A stretch of DNA of 64,000 bases from Eledone cirrhosa. Lineage: Eukaryota. The stretch lies in assembly GCA_964016885.1 (NCBI GenBank), contig OZ024743.1:165106001-165170000 (forward strand), written 5' to 3'. Of the stretch, positions 1 through 8,700 are shown one piece after another. The number at the start of each line of letters is the position of its first letter. The first letter of the stretch is position 1. The notes under the pieces were generated by a model. That model worked only from the letters and a program-made list of their open reading frames with translations. It did no database searches and was not told the origin of the DNA. The position numbers and the translations under genes are program-made.

Positions 1-47
1 GAAGAAATGGCGGTTTGGTGGCTTTATGTTGAGGTCAACTGCCCCCA

Positions 48-847
48 TCAGCGGACCTCTTTGGCGTTTCCCGCCTTATGAAACGAGCAAGGTTGCACGC
101 AGTGGTTCGCGCTCTCGGCAAAACGCTCGTGGTACCAGCATAAAGATGAATCTGGTGACCTGGGGCGGCATCTAAAAGATTGAGATCTCCCGCAGCTGTG
201 CGAACGGGCACCACACCAGACCTTCATCTTCTGGAGCTCCAGGGTGAGTTCCTGAATGAACCTCTGCATCGCCATAATGGCTGAACTCTCTGTAGGAGCT
301 GCCGCGCAGATGGAATGGCCAGGTGTGGCCTGAGCTGGTTGGGAAACAGCGGTAAGGGCTTCCCTGCCTCCAGCACCCATGACTTCGAAAACTTTGTCCG
401 CAGAGGCGGCAAGCTGATCCACTGTGCAAGTGTCCCTAATGGGGGCCAAAATTGCCTGTACGTTGGTCGGTAGGCGCGAGAAGAACAACTGCTTCAATAT
501 GGCAGATTCCGCTACCGACCCCTCCATTAGGTCCTTCATTCGCCTTAGGAGGTTCGATGGGGTGCCATCACCGATATGCTCCAATGGACCAGAGCCCTAA
601 ATCTTTTCTCTGCGGACTGTGCAGTCCGGCTGAGTATTTCAGCCTTCAGAGACTTGTACGTCGCGTCGGTTGGTGTCTCTAACACCAAGTCCATAATCGC
701 TGGGATAAGTGCCGGCGGAATTGCACTAAGGACTAGGGGACGTTGTTGTGCTTCGACGATTCTGTCCGCCTCGAAAAATGCTTCGAGTTGGGCGAACCAT
801 AACCTTACGTCGCCCGTGTATGTAGGTAGACCAGAATGAGATGCCAT
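48..847 (-). pseudogene. gag of element A, one frameshift near 590
   Basis: MASHSGLPTYTGDVRLWFAQLEAFF... (ATG at 847) continues in another frame as HIGDGTPSNLLRRM...CWYHERFAESANHCVQPC. Confidence 0.85.
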
Positions 848-1417
848 TGGTATGCCGTAGGTAATCTGCAAAAAATTGTCTCCGTTCGGAAAAATATCTC
901 CAAAACAAGGGCAAAAGAAAACAAAATCGCTTGTTTTTCTCTGTAAAACAACTGGACAGGAAAAAGAATGCATCCGAGACAATGTGTAAAGGAGCGACTA
1001 ACCGAGCGATGTCATTAATAAGGTATAGGCGGCGAATTTAAAACAAAAACCAATATGGCGGACGATTTCGCGCCAAAAATACTTTTGATGGAGAAAAAAG
1101 CTGCCATCTTGTCACCCTCAAAATTTTTAGCCAGAGAAAAGTAGAAAAGACATTCATACAATTGTTGTCTTGCTAGGAAGCTAGCAGCAATATCATCTTA
1201 ATATATATTTTTTTTTGTGTGTGTTTGTGTGTAAATAAATGGAATGTTCGCTTTGCACAAATGAGGAGTTTGGTTGTTAAATGTTACAGATAAAGATGCT
1301 GAAATCAGTAAAATACAGCCAGATCAGAATGAAGCGTGTTGTTCTGTATTAAATGTTTTTTTGTTTTTTTTATATACACATAATACCACTTCCTATTTTT
1401 TTTTTCGGTGTCACCAA

Positions 1418-1860
1418 TTTAGAATGTTAGTATCAGTGTATATTTATTATTAAAAATAACAATAATTGCAGGTGCATGGTTTTATTTCACAGAAGTCAAA
1501 TAAATTAATAGAAATAATTTTTACCACATGTTGATGGTCAGTTGGTCGCATCTCCCAGACTGGAGCGTGTAGAGAAAGAGAGAGAGAAGACAGGATTCAT
1601 CTCTAGGGAGAGAAAGCAGGAATCGTCTCTTGAAGGTTGAAGTCGTTCTTTTCAGCTGCGGCATAGGAAGTGAGAGAGAATTGCCTCACGTTCTCAAATA
1701 TATAGTCCCCAAGGGGACGTAACTCCATTTAGTGCATGGATGTACCACTAGGGGTCACGACCGTCTCAAAGGGACGCTTAGTTCATGGATGTGACACTAG
1801 GGGTCACGACCGTCGCAACTCTTATCCGTTCTGAGTTCCAGCCGTAAGGGGGTCGCTACA
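1418..1860 (-). repeat. 5' LTR of element A (443 bp), with a tandem duplication of about 49 bp at 1729-1820
   Basis: TGTAG...CTAAA termini, followed after 1 nt by the PBS. TATA-like (about 1700) and AATAAA (about 1445) motifs on the minus strand. Confidence 0.75.
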
Positions 1861-3339
1861 TCCTCAATAAAGAAGTGGCGGTTTGGGTGTGTAGCACAGA
1901 GATCAGCTGCCGCCTTCAGTGGTTCTGGTCTGCGTTTCCCGAAGTTGAATAGTTACACGGTGGCCGGCAGTGTTTTACTTTATCAGCGAAGGTGGCATGA
2001 TACCAGCAAAAAGACGAATTGCTGGCGGGCGAGCTGGCGTGAAGTCGCGAAGGAACTCGAACGACTTCTTGGCCGCCTGGGAGATGGCCTACTTTCCCTA
2101 CATAATTTCGCGACTTCACGCGTCAATCGCCTTCAACATGGCATCCTCGTGTGTCGAGACAGGTTGGATCGGAAAAGTCGAAGAGGCAACAAGCGAGTCC
2201 GACGAGGTAGCTTTCCTAGAGAATTCCACAATTCGATCGGCAGACGCAGCGATCTGCTCCACCGAGCTCGAGTCCACTATGGTAGTCAATATAATCTGGA
2301 CATTGTTTGGCAAGCGAGAGAAAAATAGCTTTTTGATAAATGAACTATCCTCAACGGGCGATTCACTGAGGTCCCGAATGTGGCGTAAAAATTCGGGCGG
2401 CGACCTGTCGCCTAAACACTCGTCCTCCAATAATGCACGAAACCTGCTTTCAGCAGAACGGCAGTTTCTCCTTAATATTTCCATCTTCAACGAATCATAC
2501 GAAGTACCGGTTGGCGGGTCCGTTATTAAATCTTTCACCGTGATGGCGAGCGACGAAGGTATACCACTAATCAAAACATTGAGTTTCTGCTCTGTTTTAA
2601 TTCCATTTGCAGCAAAATATGCGTCCAGTTGTGCAAACCAGAGCTTGGGCTCACCGGAGAACGCAGGTAAATTAGGACTACTCATCATTAGCATGTATCA
2701 GTTCCACATAAAAAATACTAAATGATATCCAAGTAAAGAAATGCAACGCATGTTAGATGTTTGGAACAACGGGAAAACAACACAAATTTCCCTCAACATC
2801 CATGAAGAAAGAAGAAATGCAAAATCCGGAATCGACAAGTCACAATAATTCAAGGCAGAAAAATTAAATGTTTTTTTTTGTTTTGTTTTTTTTTAATTGG
2901 AGAAGGAGATGGCATCACATGATGCGTCTCAGCCAATCAGATGGCTGCATTTCGGAGAAGAGAATTGGCGGGAAAATTGGCGGACCAGTGAATTTTTTTT
3001 TTTTTTTTGTGTTACACGAACAATTTTCAATTTCGTTATTTTCGCATAGTTGCAAGAAATAAAATATTAGTTTCGTCAATTTTTTTTTCCTATGTTTCTC
3101 TAGAAGTTTTTTTTAGAAGGCTGTGTAATGCATAATCGGGGTCAATCACTTTAGACGACGTGTATTTGTGACTTGCAAAAATATTCAGAAGAATACGAAT
3201 GGCTGGTGCGTGTTTGTACAATCAGCTCCAAGAAAAATGCAATTTGTCGCTCTGCATTTTTTTACCGGAGTGTCTGTTATTTTTATGACGTCCGTTTGTG
3301 ACGTCAGAGCTATCACACCACTCGTGTCGCTTCGCTACA
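1861..3339 (-). mobile_element. CsRn1-like Gypsy LTR retrotransposon B (LTR, gag, start of pol), interrupted by element A
   Basis: LTR TGTAGCG(3339)...CTAAA(3150), degenerate PBS TGATTGACCCCGA, gag, GGGAAAC (1940-1934). The pol frame NRHFFIED is cut at 1861. Confidence 0.85.
1916..2694 (-). pseudogene. gag of element B, disrupted near 2116
   Basis: LPAFSGEPKLWFAQLDAYF...LGDRSPPEFLRHIR...FFSRLPNNVQ, then CWYHATFADKVKHCRPPC in a second frame. Clearly homologous to gag A. Confidence 0.85.
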
Positions 3340-4544
3340 AGCGTGTTGGCTTGCCTGAAAGTGTGCAGTTAACCCCCAAGGTGTGGGATGTTGCTGATTG
3401 TCACACTTGTGGTGAATACCCCCCTTTTTTTTTCCTTTTTCCTTCTTTCTTTCCTTTATCATTTTTGTGTCATTATACACGGTTTTGACTAGTTATTTCA
3501 ATACCAAATAAAGTTTTGTAATATTTTTTTTTTAATCTTCAGAGACCTTGGGATTATTGACGGAGTGGTCTTCATGTTGTTGGTCGCCAATCCTGTCTTG
3601 ATTATTCTCTTCTATTTACATTTGATGATCTGTTGTTATAGGAGCGATATCTCTAGTCGGTATAGTTTCTACTGTTCCCTGCACCACGTATGGTGATAAA
3701 GTTTCCAATAGGGTAACTCTCTCGGCCAGAGGATCCATTTTATTTTGAACATGAATTATTTTAAGGACTTCCGTGTTCTTTTGGAGCAGTTATTCAGGTA
3801 AGATCTGTCCCAAAGAGGACTCTAATATAATCCACTATAACTAATATATATTTCTCACTTGTGTAAGATGGAAGAGGACCGACGAAATCCATTGATAACC
3901 TTTCACACAGAGGCATTGCAGTGATCAACTTAGAAGGAACTGAATTATGCAAATGAGGTTTCAGTTCTCGGCAGACCACTGGGAAATGGTCTCCTTGATT
4001 TCTCATATTGAGAAAGGTAAATTTTTAGATCAACAGAAATGAGTAATTCAGGTCACACCTGGATGGCACAGTCTTTCATGCAGAACTAGTAATGTGTTCT
4101 GTGAGTTAAGAGAAATTACAGCACATCTTGAGAGGGCATCAACAGCCTTATTTTCAGACCCAGGTCTGTATGATATGACAAAGTAATATCCCAACAGTTC
4201 TAGTTTCCATCTGGCAATTTTATCTTTTTTTTCATTTTTGTTCAAAGAGTTCTGTGAAAAATGTAGGCTAGTGATCAGCTATGATTGTGAAAAATGGCAC
4301 CATGTTTAATATGAGCTTCCATTTCTTTCAACATTCAACAATAACCTGTGCCTCGCGTTCCACGGTTGACTGCCTTTGTTCTGAATTAGACAGAGTCTTA
4401 AATATAAAGGCAACAGATCTACCTTCTTGATGTAAGATACCTCCTATTGCTACCCCCGATGCATCAGTTTCAAGCACAAGTGGCATGGCCAGCGATGCAG
4501 ACTTGAGTTGTTTGGGTCTGGGCTAATGTTACCATTTTCTATTT

Positions 4545-4880
4545 CATCAACCAAGAAATTTAGTTTCGTCACTTGGTATTCACATTTAGAGTCATTCACT
4601 GTAATTTTTGCTAGCCTTTATAGACTGAGATAAATTATAGTCATTGTATTAATTATTTGTTGTGTGTGGAAGCGATGTTTGGTGTCGTTGATTGAATAAA
4701 ATTGTTATATTATCTTGTACCAAATCAAAGGTTTTTATTCAATCTAAGAATAATATAGAAAGAGTCAATAAGAGAAGAAATTAGTATGAGTCAACAATAC
4801 AACAAACAAGAACAGAACGAATACAACGAATAAGAATAAAAAGGAATCAAATCAAAGAGAAGAAAGTGATGTTATAAACA
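4545..4880 (-). mobile_element. LTR (4703-4880) plus short leader remnant of a second Gypsy element, nested in the RT of the old element
   Basis: TGTTTATA...TATAACA termini with internal AATAAA, followed by ATTTTATTCAATC, which is complementary to the LTR. The left boundary is approximate. Confidence 0.55.
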
Positions 4881-5497
4881 AATCTTATCATCACAGTCAT
4901 GTTCTGCGTAATTTTTTCTGCAAATAATTATGTCGTCGAGATATTCAAAGATTTTGGTTAATGCATTAGAGCTAATAAAATCATTGATTGTACATTGAAA
5001 AATAGGGACTGCATTGGTACACCCGAAAGGTAACCTTCAAAAATGATATAAACGTCCACAGGCTTCAAACGCTGAAAGTGGTATATCTCTTTCCTTCAGT
5101 TCGGTTTGATAGGCCGGCTTCAAATTAATCTCGTTAAAGACTTTATTACATCCCACGTGTTGAAGGATATGATCGATATTTGCAGGAGGATATGAATCAA
5201 GTGGTGTATAAAGATTTATGGTTTTAGAATAGTCAACTACCACTCTTTTTTTTGGGGGGGGGGATTTCTTTCATTGTACAATGAAACACTGAGCACGCCA
5301 AGAACTTTGACTCTCAGTTATGAATCCATCATTAAGTAGGCGATATATTTCTTTAGCTGTAAATGGGTCAATTGTCATGCATCAAGAAGGCATGGCAATC
5401 TGCTTCAGTTTATTAATGTCTACTCTCGGAATGAGGTCGTATTTCTTGCAGGTCAACACAGAGAGAGTGAGGCAGTAGGTTATTGGTTGCGTTAATC

Positions 5498-5955
5498 TGT
5501 AGCGCTCTCTAGACAAGGGAAGTAGCTAGAGTTACTTCCCGTGGAAATTCTAGAACCTTCTTTGTAACTTCCGGTAAAAGGATATAAATAGAGGGAACGC
5601 AAATCAAGCTCTCTCTCTCTCTCTCTTTTGGTGCCTTCCTTCGAATTGACAACTCTGAAGACAAGCATGTTAACTTCTCTCTAACCACCGATCATGGATC
5701 TGGATTATACCAATATGTAGAAGAATATTTACTAACCACAATTGTAACATGGAGCTACAATAAAATGAAGACTTATATTTGATACTCGTTCCGAGAAACT
5801 GCCTACGTTTTATCATTACCTTTGTAATGGGAATTAACTCTCATTCGACATGGTGTTATATAAAAATCTCTTATACTTTTCTTTATTAAATTTAGTAGCT
5901 AGATTCCGGTGGTATTTACTGGAGTAAATAACCCTGGATCTAGCAACACACTAAA
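5498..5955 (+). repeat. 5' LTR of element C (458 bp)
   Basis: Differs from 11925-12377 by 3 substitutions and 2 simple-repeat indels by my count. TATAAA at 5583, AATAAA at about 5759. Confidence 0.95.
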
Positions 5956-6218
5956 ATGGTGACCCTAACGTAAAAAAGAAACACCAACCGAAGAATAGTA
6001 ATCTCCGGATACGCATAGGGAAAAAAAATGTTTGCACCTCGTGTCTTCGTTTTCAACAAAGCCTTCGTTTTGTATTCGCCATTTTGCTTCCTCCGTGTTA
6101 CATCACTTCAACTATTCATGTTACCACCACGTGTGCATATAATTTTGAAAATACAACTAATTTTTTTCTTTCAAATGTGTTGTCGTTGGCTGGTTCACGA
6201 AAGTTAAACCACGTCATA

Positions 6219-6524
6219 ATGGAATTTTCTCGAGTGCCTACTTCGGCAGATCCACTCTTTACTTCTTCTACCTTTAAAACACAGCCTGTTTCACCTCGTG
6301 AGGACTCTATGCTGAGAACCATTGACGCGTTAACTCGTCAAGTGGCTAAACTGTGTCGCGAAAGAACACCATCCAGATGGTGTTCACGGAGTCGGTCTCC
6401 TTCTCTTCATCGTCGCGCCAACCTCCCCGCCAACAACTCGTCTTTATGTTGGTATCACGTGCGTTTTCGTGAAAAGGCGAATCATTGTATTCAGCCGTGC
6501 TCTTTCGGGACTTCGGAAAACTAA
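6219..6524 (+). pseudogene. C-terminal remnant of gag of element C (N-terminal part deleted)
   Basis: EFSRVPTSADPL...EDSMLRTIDAL...CWYHVRFREKANHCIQPC aligns with the C-terminal part of gag B. Confidence 0.85.
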
Positions 6525-6727
6525 AATTGGAGAGTCTGGGCATGGCAGACCTCTCCCCCATTAATTCTCCTTATCGTGCCTTTTTCATCAAGGATCGAGT
6601 TTCAAACAAATCGTTTATGGTCGACATAGGATCTAATTGCAGTATTTGGCCTCTTCGTTTCAGCTGTACCAAGCCAAATTTTTCCGGTATTTCCTTGTAT
6701 GCAGTAAACCAGTCTCCTATAAAAACT

Positions 6728-8700
6728 TTTAGCGGAGAACTGGGTTGTATGAATGTAACACGGTGACATGGTTTGTGTGTATAATATTTAATCAACAATT
6801 TAACAGTATAGTTGACATGTCAATGAAATAGATGAAAGAATGAAGCAAAGTTAGTAGTTACCGTTTTGATTGCCAGGCAAACGCAGGACGCCTGGCGAAG
6901 GCCAGGCGCCGGAAGGGCAAATGAGAGGGTGAGAACTTAAAGTTGTTAGTTTTATAGGGTTCTGACCGGAAGTTACAGAAAGGGTTCTACTTCCCGTCTA
7001 GATGTTGTTAATCTATTGGGGTTGTGAGTCACAACAAGGGAGACAACTGCTACATAACCTCCCGCCAGAATTTTAGAATATAAAAATCGAATGAAATATG
7101 TAGCAAGTTGGCGAGAATGTTGTAACAGGCATGAAAATTACGACAAAAGAATGTTTGCAAAAAATCAATGATAGATGTCAAGGTAGCCAACCGCTCTTGG
7201 CCAGAGAACGACTGGACATCTATCTATCCATCACCCAAAGATACAATGTAATAACGTAAGAGAAGAGCTCAAAGTTCAAATGTACCAAATATAGTTCACA
7301 GGTGTGCAATCACATGACAGCAGGAAAGAAAGTGTGTTCCAGAGAATGAATGCAGGTGGTTTCTGTTCTGTGGTATATCGTGAAATTTCCAACCTCCGAA
7401 TGGATTTTCTCACAGGAAGAGTGCTGCAAAAATAAATTCTCTGGCTTGTTCTGCTGGTTGTTGGTGAAGCTGTGTTGCTGTTGATGTTGTTGTCTCGCGG
7501 AGTGAGCGTATTCGGTGTTTAAATTCACAGTAAAAAAAAATTTTTTTCAGAAAAAAATGAGTTGCGCAAAGTGCTAGAAATAACAGCCGAAGTTGATGGT
7601 CGATGTTGAGAATGCGTTGACCTGGAAGGGTCAAGAGGCCAGCGACCAAAGAAATAAGCATCCTGAATAAATGCGCAGTTTTCAACGGCAAATTTACGTG
7701 GTAAATTTTTAAACCAGCAAATAGGAGAATATAGCTTAAGGCTGAAGAATCCTTGGCGAGAAACGTTATCTCTGGCGTGCGGCTATCTCTGTGAGTCGAG
7801 ATATCTCTGTGAGTCGAGAATTTGTGCTGCCTACACGTGCCAATACAAGGTTAAGTTAGGTTTAAAAAATAATATTTCTAACGCGCGAGAAAATGATAGT
7901 ACAAGTGTGAAAGTGACAATGATGAAAAAGAAAGGCTTCACTTAGCATAATTATTGGTGTGAACTTTGAAAAAAAACTTGAACGATGAAGGAAACGATGA
8001 AAAAAAAAAGGCAATGGTTCATCGAAAATAAATGTTCCTGTTGAAAAATTTCTAAAAAAAAAAAAATCAAATTTCTTTTTTTTTTTTTTTTTTGTTTTGA
8101 AAGTGTTCGTTGTAAGAAACGAGAAATATATATATATCGTGAAATGCGACAGTTAGTTGATGCGTGAGAGAAAAAGTCTGTCTGCACGAAAGTTTCACAT
8201 GTGCGTGGTGTGTTCGTTTCTTTGACTGAGTATTTTCATAGTTTGTAAATAAATTTGCTGTGTATTCGTAATGTTACTCACACAACACCAGATTCTGCTA
8301 TTTTTTTATTTTTTCGGGGTGACCACTTATAACAATGAACGGCTGCGTGTTCGTATCACGTCAGGGTTACCAATTTAGCGGGAAACTAGCGTGTATGAAT
8401 GTAACACGGTGATATGGTTTGTGTGTATAATATTTAATCAACAATTTAACAGTATAGTTGACATGTCAATGAAATAGATGAAAGAATGAAGCAAAGTTAG
8501 TAGTTATCGTTTTGATTGCCAGGCAAACGCTTGACGCCTGGCGAAGGCCAGGCGCCGGAAGGGCAAATGAGAGGGTGAGAACTTAAAGTTGTTAGTTTTA
8601 TAGGGTTCTGACTGGAAGTTACAGAAAGGGTTCTACTTCCCGTCTAGATGTTGTTAATCTATTGGGGTTGTGAGTCACAACAAGGGAGACAACTGCTACA
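6728..8700 (-). mobile_element. Non-autonomous LTR element D (1973 bp, TRIM/LARD-like), nested antisense in the protease of element C
   Basis: 327-bp LTRs at 8374-8700 and 6728-7054 (TGTAG...CTAAA), TSD AACT (6724-6727 and 8701-8704), PBS at 8372, PPT GGCGGGAGG next to 7055. No recognisable coding domain in the 1.3-kb interior. Confidence 0.93.
8341..8372 (+). other. 3' fragment of tRNA-Trp (positions 45-76, including CCA), forming an extended PBS of element D
   Basis: GGCTGCGTGTTCGTATCACGTCAGGGTTACCA versus the metazoan tRNA-Trp(CCA) 3' end as I recall it, GGCTGCGTGTTCGAATCACGTCGGGGTCACCA: 29/32 identical, with the T-arm GCGTG/CACGT intact. Confidence 0.85.

Larger units (their letters stand above)
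1..1860 (-). mobile_element. CsRn1-like Gypsy LTR retrotransposon A (5' part; runs off the window), inserted into the protease region of element B
   Basis: Minus strand reads LTR TGTAGCG(1860)...CTAAA(1418), PBS TGGTGACACCGA (1416-1405), gag with CWYH-x9-C-x3-C, GGGAAAC slippery site (72-66), then the start of pol (NRHFF). Confidence 0.85.

Noticed and set aside
1970-2725. 251-aa plus-strand ORF and similar ORFs antisense to RTE, hAT and mariner coding regions
   Set aside because: These are shadow frames of TE coding sequence with no independent motif.
3383-3619. Possible plus-strand solo LTR (TGT...ACA with AATAAA)
   Set aside because: No TSD and no second copy in the window.
7310-7691. 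Short ORFs inside element D as an env-like or accessory gene
   Set aside because: They are short, start at non-ATG codons, and show no recognisable domain. Cannot be supported without a search.
8341-8372. Functional tRNA-Trp gene
   Set aside because: Only the 3' 32 nt are present, CCA is encoded, and it abuts an LTR. It is a primer-derived copy.
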